DNA of 64,000 bases from an uncultured Planctomycetaceae bacterium (GCA_963833985.1 CAWIAD010000002.1:5184001-5248000); one strand, 5' to 3'; positions 9,320 to 21,183 are shown, counted from the stretch's first letter. Numbers and translations: made by a program. Notes: a model not told the origin generated them from the letters alone.

Positions 9320-12300
9320 CTACTTCCGCAAACTTTCGATGGCCTCATCGAGCCTGGTGCGAAAAGCCGACCAGTCCGATATGGGCAACAGTGCCTCATG
9401 GTCGCGCTGGCCGAGGTGGAACAGCTTCATGCGGCCGTCAATCAGGGCCCGGCCCGTTCGCGCGGCCGGCGCAGTCGGGATGCACCTTCACCAGCCGCTC
9501 CAGCGTGATCAAGCGGCGGTAGTCGTCCAGGCCTTCGCGCAGCCGCTCGAACTCGACCGACGGGATCAGGCCACCGTCGGGCGCGGCGCTGCACCAGGCG
9601 TAATCGTCCTCGCGGCAATCGAGGGCGTAGTACGGGTCTCCGGCGGCGGCGTTCCAGTGCCAGGAGGTCCGGAACTTCATGCCGAACTCGCGGACGGCCT
9701 TGTACATATAAATCCCATACGTCCAGCGGTCGCCTCCGTTATAGAAGGCCCAATCGCTGCCCGCGGCGTGCAGCAGCGCCACGCCGGGCTCGTCGTGGCC
9801 GTTCCAGCTCACCACGTGCAGGGCTTTCGAGAGCCGGAAGTGGGGGTTGTTCGGGTCGTTGCCGGTGAAGCTGCTGGCGCCCGTGAAGCAGGGCGGTCCT
9901 CCGGGAAAGGCACGGCGGTACGCCTCGGCATTCTCGGCCGCGCGGATGGTGTCGTCGCCCAGGGGTTCGTCGGCCAGGTTGTAGTAAACGGGAATCCAGC
10001 CGTTGTGCTGCGCGTGCGCCTGCACGGCGCCGTAGACCGCGACCAGGAAGGCCGAGTACTCCTGGAACCCGGCGGCCGCCATCGCGCTCTTGTCCTCGAA
10101 GTACGGCTCGAAGCCGGACACGCCTCCGCCGTAGGAGGTCACGGCCAGGAAGCCAAGGTCTCTGGCCAGCTTCATCTGCCTGTCAGCCGTGCTGAAGTCC
10201 ATCACGGGTCGGCCGTTCTTGAAGCCCTGGTACGCCAGGCGCGGCAGGCCGGTGCACGCGGTGAAGCCGTACTCGCGCATCGCCCGCAGGCTCTGCTCGA
10301 GCATGCGCTCGTTGTACCTTGCCGCGCCCGGGTCGTCGTCGAACCAGGGCATGCCGAGCGAGTGTCCGAACGGGCCAGCCGGGACGTCGAGCGGGTCCAG
10401 CGTACCGGCCCGGACGCGGAACTCGAGGGGGACCTGATCGATGCGCCCGCTGGCGGTTTGAATCGACAGCGTTCCGCGGTAGTCGCCCGGCCGGGCGCTG
10501 GGCGGTGCGTGCACCGTCAGCCAGAATCTCCGGGTCAGCCCGGGGGCGACGCGCGCCGACCCGCCCGCCATGACCAGCCGCGGCTGGATGGTGTACACGG
10601 CCCCGTCGGCGGTGACGCGGGTGATGCGGTTCGAGACGTGGCCGAGCCTGATGGAAGGCGACGGCAGCGTGCCCGCCGGACCGGCAAGGTCGCTGACGGT
10701 GAGCTTGACCGTTCCCAGGTCGGCCAGCGGACAGATCGACAAGGTGAGCGGCTCGTACTCACCCGCGAAGGCGCTGCCGTGCAGGACCTGAACCACCTCG
10801 CGCTGTAAGGGCGTATCGTTGTACGAGACGTCTTCCATGGGATCGCGCTGGAAGAGCACGAATCCCCGCTGGCGGTCCTCAGCCGTCGGCTTCAGCGGGT
10901 CGCCGTGCGGCAGGGGCAAGACGCGCTTGAAGGCGTTGTTGAAGTAGAACCTGCGCTTCGCCTCCACGTAACGCAGGAACGCGTTGCCCTGCTCGGCTTT
11001 CGTGACCGGGAAAATGATCACGGCCGATACGCAGCAGGCCCAGTTCTCTCCCTGGAAATCCAGGTTCAACTGACCGTCGGTGACCTCGACGTCGAACCGC
11101 TTCTCGCTGAAGTAGGTCTTCTGGTACTTGTCGAACGTGTTGTCGCCGGCAAGGTCCTCGACGTTCCAGTAGCGGAAGTACTTCGTACGGAACGAGTCGA
11201 AATTCATCGTCCCGGCCACGACGGGCTTTCCCTCGGCCAGGATCGCTCGATTGCGGTACTTCTGGTATTCGCCCCAGAAGCCCGAGGGGCTGTCGATGTT
11301 CACGAATACGCGGTACTTGCCTGCTGGCAAGTCGACGGCCATGCCGCCGGATTCGATGCAGAGAAAATCCTGATAGAGCGGGTCCGGCTGGAGAGCGTCG
11401 AAGGCGCGCCAGACCCTGGCGTTCTTCAGCCCGTAGCCACGGCCCCGGCTGTACAGGGTCGCTGGCGAGACCTGTGTGAAGCCTTCCATCACCGGGCTCG
11501 TGCTGGTGCCGAGGTCGAATGCGAACAGGCCGTCGAAGGCGGCCCGCCGCGGCGATTCGTCCCGCTCCAATCGCAGGTTGTCCAGGTACAGGGGTGCCGG
11601 CGGCTGATCGCTGATCGAGAGCACGAGCCGGGTGACGTGCGCCAGATCGAGCATCCGTCCCGGGCGCGATTTCTCGCCGACATAGAGCTGCTTGACCGGG
11701 ATGACGAGTGTGCTCTTCCCCGGAGGCACGACCGTGGAATGATTCACCCGCGTCCAGTAATCGCGCGTGGCGGCGTCCCGGATCTCCACATACAGATCCA
11801 GCGGTCTGGCCGCGGCGGTGTACAGATCGGCCTTGAGGAAATCATAGCCGTGCCAGTCCTGGGGCTCTTCCAGGCTGGCGAACGAGCGATCAATGCGCAG
11901 CGCCCGTCGGCCTGCGCTGGCGTGCTCGGCGACAAGGGTCCCTCCGGAGAACGGATTGCGATCCTCGAACGAAGCGACGACTTTCAGCCTGGGGCCCGCG
12001 GTAGCCCGCACCTGCGCGACCATCGCCGCCCCGCAGGCGTAGCAGCGTCCGCCGGCTGCATTGTTGCGGTACCCGCACTCGGAGCAACGAACCGCGCTGG
12101 CCGCGATCTCGTCGCGCGGCGCGATCGGCGTTTCTTCTGCTCCCAGCACCGGCACCGCAGTCAGCGGCACGTCGTCGCCAACCTGCTCCAACGACACGTC
12201 GTCGATCCAGAAGTACCCTGGAGCCATCAGTCCGAACGACGGCCCAGCCTTCTTCTTCTCGGTGATCTGCGCCACGTAACTCAGCCTGGTCCAGCCAAAT

Positions 12301-12698
12301 GTTCCATTCTTATTCAACTGAATATACTTATCATCGAACATGAACTCGGTGGTGAAATGATAGGTCCCCGTGCCGATATCAAGGCCCCGGAGGTAGGCCG
12401 TCACCCGGTATCGCCCCGGGGGAATCTCGACGTTCTGCGCGACCCGGATCTTGGCGTTCATCCCGCCGTGGAGCAGGCAGGAGTGCTTTCCGGTATGGGC
12501 CACGTCGCCAACCCGGAACTCGCAGTCCCCCTCATACTTCCACCCCCCCCACCTGGCGAAGACCAGGCCGAACTGGTCCTTGCTTTTGGTGATCTCAAAG
12601 GAGGAGTCAGCGAGCAGGTTGCCGCCTTCGGCGTTGCACGCCCCCGAGATGGTCATGAGTGCGGCGGTAAGAAACCACAGCAGTTTCGGGCTGCGCAT
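9320..12698 (-). CDS. Large secreted multidomain CAZyme-like protein (CBM-like domains plus GH123/DUF4091-like C-terminus), frameshift near 9473
   Basis: Start MRSPKLLWFL with signal peptide; NLLADSSFE..AHTGKHS..WIDDVSLE CBM-like domain; DWHGYDFLKADL..LYLDNLRL; YYNLADEP; FERLREGLDDYR; the shifted frame gives a helical end ..RLDEAIESLRK*. Confidence 0.7.
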
Positions 12699-12748
12699 CG
12701 TGGAATCTCCAGAAACGCGGTGACGTCGGTAATCGGCGGTGATGAGCA

Positions 12749-12900
12749 TCCGCCCATGGCGGTGGCGTTGATGGCGTTCGCACGCAGGTTAAGCACGACC
12801 CGGTTCACCTCTCCAGGGTAGCACAGCAGCGAGGGCAATGATTCAAGCTTCTCGACCAGCATGACGTTCTCTTCTCGCTGGCGCCGAACCGGGGTTTTTG
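12749..12900 (-). pseudogene. Fragment of a histidine-kinase HATPase domain (N-box region)
   Basis: LESLPSLLCYPGEVNRVVLNLRANAINATAMGG resembles the 'LP.V.CYPG.LNQV.LNL..NA..A...GG' N-box; no G1/F/G2 boxes follow. Confidence 0.5.
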
Positions 12901-13132
12901 ACCGTCGAGCGGATCCCATCGTCGGGGTCCGTCTCGATCCGCGCGGGGACCGGCATGACACCGGCGGCAAGACCCGCGCGTCCGCGGCCCACGGCCTCGC
13001 ACCGGCTGCTGCGCCCTCTACAAACCAGCCTCCTCTCGCTAGTGTAAGGTGCCTCCGAGTGGGTCAGGCTCGGATCGCCGTGCGAGCAATCGCCATGGCC
13101 GCAAACGTGTCGGAGCCCTGGAAGGACGCATC

Positions 13133-15004
13133 ATGCCGCTCTCCGATTATCTGTTCGGCAGGCCTCTGGCCACCTATGAAGAGGGCGAGCAACGGGTTGG
13201 GGTGATTGCCGGCATTCCGATGCTTGGACTCGACGCACTGGGGTCTGCCGCTTACGGCCCCGAAGCTGCGCTCACGCTCCTCATCCCGCTGGGCGCCGCC
13301 GGACTGGGATACATCGGTCCCATCAGCACACTGATCATCCTGATCCTGCTGGTGGTTTACGTCTCGTACCGGCAAACGATCGGGGCCTATCCGCTTGGCG
13401 GCGGATCCTACACCGTGGCACGCGAGAACCTGGGTCAGGTGCCTGGCCTGCTGGCGGCGGCGGCGCTGATGCTCGACTACGTGCTGGTGGTCGCCGTGGG
13501 CATCTCGGCCGGCGTGGGAGCGCTGGTCTCCGCGATCACGGCCCTCCAGCCGTACACGCTGCCTCTCTGCCTGGCGATTCTGGCTCTGCTCACGCTCGTC
13601 AACCTGCGCGGCGTGCGCGAATCCGGAGTGGCGTTCGTCTTCCCGACGTACCTGTTCATCGTCAGCTTGCTGGCCGTGCTGGGCATCGGTCTGCTCAAGA
13701 CGATCGCGGCCGGCGGCCATCCCGCGCCCCTGGAGCCGCCCGCACCCCTGCCGGAACCGCGGGTGGCCGCCGGTCTCTGGATTCTGATGCGCGCCTTCGC
13801 CAGCGGCTGCACCGCCATGACCGGCGTCGAGGCCGTCAGCAACGGCGTGACGGCGTTCCAGGAGCCGGCCGTGCCACATGCCCGCAAGACGCTCACGGTC
13901 ATCATCGTGGTCCTGGCGGTCATGCTGGCCGGCATCGCCTTTCTGTGCCGGGCGTACGGCATCGGCGCCACCGAGCCCGGCCAGGCCGGCTACCAGAGCA
14001 TCCTCTCGCAGCTTACCGGTGCAGTCGTGGGGCGGGGCGTCTTCTACTACATCACCATCGGCGCGGTGCTCTGCGTGCTGGCCCTCTCGGCGAACACCGG
14101 ATTCGCCGACTTCCCCCGTCTTTGCCGTATCGTGGCCCAGGACGGATACATGCCTCGAAGCTTCGCCCACCGCGGCCGGCGCCTCGTCTACTCGCACGGC
14201 ATCCTCGTCCTGGCCGGACTGTCCGCCGGCCTGCTGGTCGGCTTCGGCGGCATCACCGATCGGCTCATCCCGCTCTTCGCCGTCGGCGCGTTCCTGGCCT
14301 TCACGCTCTCGCAGGCCGGCATGGTGGTGCACTGGAGGCGAGTGGGTGGTCCGCACGCCAGCAAGTCGATGGCCATCAATGCCACGGGCGCAGTGTGCAC
14401 GGGCGTCACGCTCATCGTCGTTCTCGTTTCCAAGTTCGCCGAGGGAGCCTGGGTGATGATCTTGCTCATCCCGGGGCTGATCCTGCTGTTCACGAGCGTG
14501 CACCGCCACTACCAGTCGGTAGGCCGCCAGCTTGCCAGCAACGAACCGCTCGACGTCCAGGGATTGCAGCCGCCCGTCGTCCTGTTGCCGGTCGGCGGCT
14601 GGAGCACCATCACGCGCAGGGCCATGCGGTTCGCGCTCGAGCTCTCGCCGGACGTGTGCGCACTGCATATCGCCGGCGATGAGCATGCCATGCTGGCCCT
14701 TGAGGACGGCTGGAAGACCCTGGTGGTGGACCCGGTCAAGGCGGCCGGACGAGCTGCCCCCAGGTTGTTCGTCGTTTACTCCCCCTACCGCCGGCTTTAC
14801 TCCCCGCTTAAGGACGCCGTCACCGAGCTGCGCAACGCCCACCCCGAGCGCGACATCGCCGTGATCATCCCGCAGCTCATGGGCACTCGCTGGTACCACG
14901 TCCTGCTGCACAACCAGACGGGCATCCTGTTCGAGGCCTATCTCCGGCTCAGCGGCTTCAACCGGGTGATCGTGATCAACGTGCCGTGGTACCTGAAGGA
15001 GTGA
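13133..15004 (+). CDS. APC-family permease, KimA/YdaO-like K+ transporter
   Basis: GLDALGSAAYGPEA, SYRQTIGAYPLGGGSY, AMTGVEAVSNG, ANTGFADFPRL, LIPLFAVGAF; about 12 TMs plus a cytosolic C-terminal domain ending LLHNQT..INVPWYL. Confidence 0.9.
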   Translation: MPLSDYLFGRPLATYEEGEQRVGVIAGIPMLGLDALGSAAYGPEAALTLLIPLGAAGLGYIGPISTLIILILLVVYVSYRQTIGAYPLGGGSYTVARENLGQVPGLLAAAALMLDYVLVVAVGISAGVGALVSAITALQPYTLPLCLAILALLTLVNLRGVRESGVAFVFPTYLFIVSLLAVLGIGLLKTIAAGGHPAPLEPPAPLPEPRVAAGLWILMRAFASGCTAMTGVEAVSNGVTAFQEPAVPHARKTLTVIIVVLAVMLAGIAFLCRAYGIGATEPGQAGYQSILSQLTGAVVGRGVFYYITIGAVLCVLALSANTGFADFPRLCRIVAQDGYMPRSFAHRGRRLVYSHGILVLAGLSAGLLVGFGGITDRLIPLFAVGAFLAFTLSQAGMVVHWRRVGGPHASKSMAINATGAVCTGVTLIVVLVSKFAEGAWVMILLIPGLILLFTSVHRHYQSVGRQLASNEPLDVQGLQPPVVLLPVGGWSTITRRAMRFALELSPDVCALHIAGDEHAMLALEDGWKTLVVDPVKAAGRAAPRLFVVYSPYRRLYSPLKDAVTELRNAHPERDIAVIIPQLMGTRWYHVLLHNQTGILFEAYLRLSGFNRVIVINVPWYLKE

Positions 15005-15169
15005 ACCACATCGCGACGCGGTCGATTCGAGAACAAATCGCACCGGGACGGCGTACTTGCGAGAAATCGCGCGTGCAGTCTGATGATGCGCACCTCTTCC
15101 ACGTCATAATGAGGGAAGCCTCATCATCGCTGGTCACTGAATCGTCCTTCCACGCGAAGACGGAACGCC

Positions 15170-16139
15170 ATGAAACGACACTTCACCCTGAGCGTCTTGC
15201 TGGTCGCGCCCATCCTCGGCTGCTCCGACGCCCGCTATGTCGGGGAGGAGTACTCCAATAAGTCTGCGGAGCCACTCGCGACGACTGCGCCAGCGGGCGT
15301 GGTGCCGCGCAGTGAAGCTGCTCGGGCAGCGGTTCCCTCTACCGTCACGGCCGGGATGATGGGAACCATGGGCACCGCCTTCCAGGCTCCCGCAGGCACG
15401 CCCGCGCTGGCGCAGGATCATCTACGACGGTGACATCGCATTGATTGTCAGGGACGTGGACGCGACCGCCCGAAAAGTATCAACCTTCATTCAAGAGGCT
15501 CGCGGCTACGTCGCCGAGCAGAGCACGACCGGCTCACCCGGATCGCAGCGGTCCATGCACTGGAAGCTCCGCGTGCCCGTCGAGCAGTTTGAACCGCTCG
15601 TGCAAAACGTGCTGGCCCTGGGCGAGATCGAGAAGAACCAGCGAACCTCGCAAGACGTCACCGAGCAGTACTACGACATCGAGGCCCGCATCAGGAACAA
15701 GAAGTCCGAGGAGAAATCGCTCACCAAGATCCTCGACGAGCGCACCGGCAAGCTGGAAGACGTGCTCCGCATCGAGGCGGAGCTGAGCCGCGTCCGAGGC
15801 GAGATCGAACAGCTCGAGGGCAGGATGCGCGTGCTCGAGAATCTCTCGTCCCTGGCCACGCTGAACGTGAGCATCCGCGAACGCGAGAAGTTCGAGCCGC
15901 CGCCCCCCGCCGTGGCCGACTTCCCCACTCAGGTCTCCCGCACCTGGGAAAGCTCGTTGCACGGCCTGATCGATCTTGGCAAAGGCGTGATTCTGTGGGC
16001 CGTGAACTGGGTGCCCTGGATTCCGCTCCTGATCCTCGGTGCATTCCTCGCGTGGATCGTGCTGCGCGTTTTGATCAGGCTTCTCCCCAGGCTGATCGCT
16101 CTGGCGAACACGCCCATCACACCGCCGCGGCCCCGGTGA
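15170..16139 (+). CDS. DUF4349-domain lipoprotein, frameshift near 15412
   Basis: Lipobox ILGC; the shifted frame gives RRIIYDGDIALIV..; LRVPVEQF, SQDVTEQYYDIEARI, IEQLEGR..LATLNV; C-terminal TM. Confidence 0.8.
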
Positions 16140-16201
16140 CACCAGGCAGCCCGCGGCGGGTCAGCCGAAAGGGGGCCCACCGCGGCGCCGGGCGCCGCCG
16201 A

Positions 16202-17453
16202 TCAAGCCAGCCGTCGATCCACTTCGGGGAGCAGCCGGGCGAAATCAAGATGATTGGGGCAGGCCTGGCGAGCAGCCTCCAGGTCGGCACCCGACCAGTC
16301 GCGAGCCTCGGCAGAAAGCTTGTCGTAGCGCTGCTTCGCCTCGGTGCGCAGGCCGTGGTGGTCGTGATAGGTAAGAAAGCGGGTCAGGCTGCCGAGCTCG
16401 GCCCTGGTGCCGGCGGCCTCCGAGCAGCGGCCGTCGCAATCGGCGCAGAGTGTGGGGCCGGAGGCCAGCACCGCCTCGCGGAGCTGGCGGAGATCGGCCG
16501 CCTTCACCGGCTCGAATCGACGGGCCGCGTCGGCATTGATCCGCAGGTGATCGGTGTTGTTCATCGACACGCACGCAGAGCTGATGCGCTCGTCGGTCCA
16601 GATCGCGTGCAGCAGACCCTGGAACGGGGTGAGCTTGCGTTCGGCCAGCATCGGCACCTTGCGCGTCACCTCGTCGAGGATATTCCCCTTGTTCTCGCCA
16701 ATGCGGAACTGGCCGGCGATCTGTTTCATCGAGATCAGCCCGATTCCCCTCTTCCAGCAGGCGTCGAGCCCGGTTGAGCGGCGCATCCTTGTCCAGCCAG
16801 GGGGTGTAGGCGACCATGATGGCGTCGACGATCCCTCCCTCGGCGGCCGCCTGGAGGATCTGGGCGCGGTTCTTGTGGTGCGTGGAGATACCCACGAACC
16901 GTGCCTTGCCCGACTTGCGGACGGCGTCGACCGCCTCCTTGAACTCGCGGCTCTTGACGAAGTGAATGGCGTCGTCGAGCGAATGGTTGTCGCCGAAGCT
17001 GTGGATGAAGAACAGGTCCAGGTAATCCGTCCCCATGTTCGCCAGCCGCTGGTCCAGCTTGTTCATGATCTCCGCGGGCGTTTGCGGCAGGTCCTTGGTG
17101 ACCACGAACACCTGCTTCCGCACCGCCGGCTCCTGCTGGAACCAGAGCTTGAAGTCGGGCTCGGACTGGTAGCGTTCCGAGGTGTCGAAGCAGCGAATCC
17201 CCTGCGAGTACGCGTAGCGGAGAATGCGCTGAATGCCCGCGCCCCGGCCCGTCCCGGCGTTCAGGATGGTGATCTCCGCGCCCGTCTTGCCCAGCGGCCT
17301 TCTGGGAATGGAGAGTCCCTTGGCGGCCTCCGGCACCTGGGCTTGGGCGTCAGCGCCCTTCCCCAGAGTGGCGGCCGAGGCGGCCGCGGCCGCCATGGCT
17401 CCGGCCTGCAAGAACGAGCGTCGATCGGTGCTGCTGCACGGTTCGGTGGACAT
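16202..17453 (-). CDS. Tat-exported aldo/keto reductase with C-terminal Cys motif, frameshift near 16770
   Basis: DRRSFLQ twin-Arg signal; IPRRPLGKTG, FDTSERY, VVTK, DYLDLFFIH, GIGLISMKQ, CADCDGRC..ACP. Confidence 0.85.
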
Positions 17454-17561
17454 GGCGGTTGGTTCTCCCCACTCGAGGACGGCTGGAACCGGAAATGCAG
17501 TGATTGTTCTCTCCAGGATCGTAACCACCCCGATGGCGGTTTCCAAGCCGTATCGAGCGCG

Positions 17562-18815
17562 CTACCGCACCCCGGCCGGGCCGGGCATCTCGGCGCGGGT
17601 GTCTTCGATGATCACGGAGAGCAATTCCAGCGCGCACCGGCGCACGCTGGGGTCGCCGTCGCCAAGCTGCCGGATCAATCCCGGAGTCACCTTCGCCTTG
17701 TGCTTGAGCTTTTGCAGCAGGTCCATACGCCACTCCATCGGCTGGGACTTGTCGGCGACCGTCTCGATCATCTCCGCGACGAGGCGAGGATTCTGCGACT
17801 CAAATCCTTCCGTCCCCTCCGCGGCCGGGCCCAGCCCGTCGGGCGAGGCCACAAGCTGGTCCTCGCGGATCGCCAGGATCGCACGCACGGCCGATGCACG
17901 CTTGCCGGGATTGGGATCGTCGAGTAGCGTCTGGAGCGCGGGTACGGTGGACTGGGCGAGTCGGCCAGCCTCGCACAGCGCGGCCAGAGCGCTGGCCCGT
18001 ACCATCTCGTCACCATGGGAGAGCAGCTTCACCAGCGAGGTCAGACCCGTATTGCGCGTCTGGTCGTCCGCTTGTTGCAGCAGCTTGAGCGCAGACCCCC
18101 GATCGACGAGCGGCTCCGGATCGGCGAGAAGTCCGAGCAAGATGGCCGCGGCCGTGCGGTCCTTCGGTCCGCTGATTTTCATCAACGCCCGTGCGATCTC
18201 CAGCCGCACGTCCCGCTCGGAATCGCCGGCCGCAGCGATCAGCAGGGGCGGCACCGACGGGTCGAACCCGCCATGCCCGAGCGCCTCGGCGGCAACGCCG
18301 CGCACGCCGCTGACAGGGTCCTTGAGCAGGTGATCCAGGACGGCGACGCATTTGTCCTTTTGAAAACTCGCCGGGCTCCTCTGGCTGTCAGCCGTCGAGC
18401 GAACCTCGTGGCCCAGGCGGGCGAGGACCTCGCCCAGGATGCGCGCGGCCTCGGCCCGCACCTCGCCCTTTTCATCCGCTGCGGCCGCCGAGAGCGCGGC
18501 AACCAGTGGTTCCAGGTCCGTATTCCTCCCGGCCAGGACCCGGCAGGCCTCGAGCCGCACCTCCGTGCTGGGGTCGTCCACCGCCTGGACCAGCAGCCTG
18601 GTGACGAACGGGGCATGCTCCCGCTCGAGCATCTTCAGCACGCTCTGCCGGTGCTTGTCGTCCCGGCTTCGCATCGCCTGCTGGTAGTTCCGCTCTTCGA
18701 GCCAGCTCTGCACCCTGGGCGTGAAGATCTCGATCCCCGAGTACAGCCCCACCAGCGCCCAGGCCAGCAAGGTCGCGAAGGTGAGCGGCCCAAAAATTCT
18801 CTTGCGCCGGGACAT
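17562..18815 (-). CDS. Membrane-anchored HEAT-repeat protein
   Basis: N-terminal TM (MSRRKRIFG..); repeated D....VR..AA..LG units. Confidence 0.8.
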   Translation of the reverse strand: MSRRKRIFGPLTFATLLAWALVGLYSGIEIFTPRVQSWLEERNYQQAMRSRDDKHRQSVLKMLEREHAPFVTRLLVQAVDDPSTEVRLEACRVLAGRNTDLEPLVAALSAAAADEKGEVRAEAARILGEVLARLGHEVRSTADSQRSPASFQKDKCVAVLDHLLKDPVSGVRGVAAEALGHGGFDPSVPPLLIAAAGDSERDVRLEIARALMKISGPKDRTAAAILLGLLADPEPLVDRGSALKLLQQADDQTRNTGLTSLVKLLSHGDEMVRASALAALCEAGRLAQSTVPALQTLLDDPNPGKRASAVRAILAIREDQLVASPDGLGPAAEGTEGFESQNPRLVAEMIETVADKSQPMEWRMDLLQKLKHKAKVTPGLIRQLGDGDPSVRRCALELLSVIIEDTRAEMPGPAGVR

Positions 18816-19557
18816 GAACAGCCCCCTGATCTTGCCGGTTGGCACGACCCGCGAACGACCGGAACTCCTTCTATCTTGCCATGAATCCGACAAGTGTACA
18901 AGGCGAGGGTGGATGACCCGGGAGAAATGGCCCGGCAGGCTGAAAAGCCAGCGAGGGACCGGCGGAAGCACGCGAAGCGTGGCCATCCGCCGGTCCCTCG
19001 GGTGTGGTGTCTTCCTTGAAATTGTGGTGCGCCGGGGGCCGGCGCTTCGTGATGAAGCGCGGTACCGTGTTGATTCAAGCGGCGCCGGAAAGCCGGTGAC
19101 CTTCGTGCGGGATCGGTTCCCTGTTGCTTCGAAAACACGATATGGGGCGCGAACGAAAGGCGGCTCAGCGCGAGACGCGCGGCCTCATTCGAGATCGCCT
19201 TGCAAGCTGCCCGCCGGCGCGGAAGTGCTGGAAGCGGAAAACATCCCGGTCATGGAGATCACCGGCAGCATGCAGAGCGCAGGGACGACAGTGGTGGGCA
19301 GCCAGTAAAGAAAAATCATTCGACTCGCTCTCCTGGGTTTCAGAGCGGGGCGCACACGAGCCCCATGAGAAATCCACCCGGCGAACGCAGCAAAGACCAT
19401 GCCCGTAAGGTATTGTGCATGTGCGACATCGGTCACGCGGAGCGTGGTGATCTCGTGTGCTCGCTTGAGTTAAGAACCGGAGCGTTGATTTTTTGGGACG
19501 ACCTTATTCTGAAGTTACTTTCATCATCCGCTCATTTTTTCAGCCATACTGGCATAC

Positions 19558-19578
19558 GATATGTCATTCTGACATCTC
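19558..19578. promoter_or_regulatory. Palindromic operator-like site GATATGTCA-TTC-TGACATCTC
   Basis: Perfect ATGTCA-N3-TGACAT inverted repeat in the AT-rich divergent intergenic region between the HEAT and VWA genes. Confidence 0.4.
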
Positions 19579-19895
19579 ATAAAGGCACTCGCGACGGGAA
19601 GCCAGGTTCACACTTTTCGCGATCACTGCCGGGACTTCCAGTCCGTAGCACGTCATTCATCTCACGAAACTTGCTCCGACATCAAGAGCGTGGAGCACTG
19701 CGGGAGCGCAGCCGCGAAACGGCCTTGCGCTTGGTTTGAGAAAGCTCTCGCCTCAGCGTCAAATTGTGAGCGGTTCTAAGGAACAGTCCCGCCGTCCGTC
19801 AAACCAGTTGCTGGCGCAGTTCTTCTCGAGTCGCGCGTGCGCCGTGGGTGGCGCGGCGCGGTAAGCGACACTGCCTTGCCATCGGGAGACAACTG

Positions 19896-21071
19896 ATGCA
19901 ACGGGCTCAGAGGATTCTTGCGTGCGCGGCGATCTTGTTCGCACCGCCGGCCGTCCTGGCCCAGGACAACCCCGCCGCACGGGTCAAAGATGTTGCCGGC
20001 GGCAAAGCAGTGATTGAGCTGGTCTTCGTGATCGACACCACCGGTTCCATGGGCGGCCTGATCGAGGGAGCCAAGCAGAAAGTCTGGAGCATCGTCAACG
20101 AGGTCATGCAGACGCCCTCGAAGCCGGAAGTACGCATGGGCCTGGTTGCTTTTCGGGACCACGGCGATGCCTACGTCACACAGGTTACCCCAATTACCCG
20201 CAATCTCGACAGCGTCTACAACACGCTCATGGCGTACAGGGCCGAAGGAGGAGGCGACGGACCGGAGGACGTCCGACAGGCGCTCGCCGACGGCGTTCAC
20301 AAGGTGGGATGGTCGCCTCGCTCCGCCAGCGTCGCCCAGATCCTCTTTCTGGTCGGCGACGCACCCCCCCACGACGACTACGGCAACGAGCCCGACACGG
20401 TCGCCTCCGCGCTCCAAGCCGTGCAGGCTGGGATCCTCGTCAATACCATCCAGTGCGGCAGCATGCAGGGCACGGACACGGCCTGGAAGAGGATCAGCCA
20501 GGCGGGCGAAGGCCAGTACTTCGCGATCGCTCAGCAGGGAGGCGTCGTGGCCATCACCACACCATTCGACGCCGAACTCTCCCGGCTCGGGACGAGCGTG
20601 GGTAGGACCTACATGGCCTATGGCGGCGGGATGATGATGATGGGCGGTGCAGCCTTCCGGCAGGGCAAGCTCGAAGACCAGAAGAGAATGGAAGCCACGA
20701 TCGCCAAGGACGCCCCGGCGGCCGCTCAGGCCGACCGTGCCTACAACAAGGCCATCAACGCCCGTGCTTATGACGACAGCGACCTGATCCAGGGCGTCGA
20801 GAACGGGACCGTCAAGCTTGGCGCCCTGAAGACCAGCGAGCTGCCTGACGAACTCCAGAAGCTCACGGCCGAGGAGCGTCAGAAAGTCGTCGCCGAGAGG
20901 ATCGAGGAACGCGGGAAGATTCGCCTCCGGATCCTCGAACTCTCAAAGAAGCGCGAAGCGTTCATCCAGGAGGAAAGCAAGAAGCAATCGGCCCATCATC
21001 CTGCCGGGTTCGACGAGGCGGTCCGTGCGGCCCTCAAGCAGCAGATCGCTCGCACGGGGACCCATCCCTGA
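19896..21071 (+). CDS. Secreted von Willebrand factor A domain protein
   Basis: Signal peptide; MIDAS DTTGSM, GLVAFRD, GGGDGPED, LVGDAPPH; C-terminal coiled coil. Confidence 0.85.
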   Translation: MQRAQRILACAAILFAPPAVLAQDNPAARVKDVAGGKAVIELVFVIDTTGSMGGLIEGAKQKVWSIVNEVMQTPSKPEVRMGLVAFRDHGDAYVTQVTPITRNLDSVYNTLMAYRAEGGGDGPEDVRQALADGVHKVGWSPRSASVAQILFLVGDAPPHDDYGNEPDTVASALQAVQAGILVNTIQCGSMQGTDTAWKRISQAGEGQYFAIAQQGGVVAITTPFDAELSRLGTSVGRTYMAYGGGMMMMGGAAFRQGKLEDQKRMEATIAKDAPAAAQADRAYNKAINARAYDDSDLIQGVENGTVKLGALKTSELPDELQKLTAEERQKVVAERIEERGKIRLRILELSKKREAFIQEESKKQSAHHPAGFDEAVRAALKQQIARTGTHP

Positions 21072-21183
21072 GCCGGGGACAGGGTGGCCAGCGTCGCAAT
21101 GACCGGGAACGACTTCCGCTTCAAAGTCGCATCGGCTACCTTGCCGTAATGGCTCGGAGACGGTTCGTGTTTGGAGGCTGGAG

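Noticed and set aside
12900..13132. c-di-AMP (ydaO) riboswitch upstream of the KimA-like transporter
   Set aside because: No recognisable conserved riboswitch sequence by eye; an Infernal search would be needed
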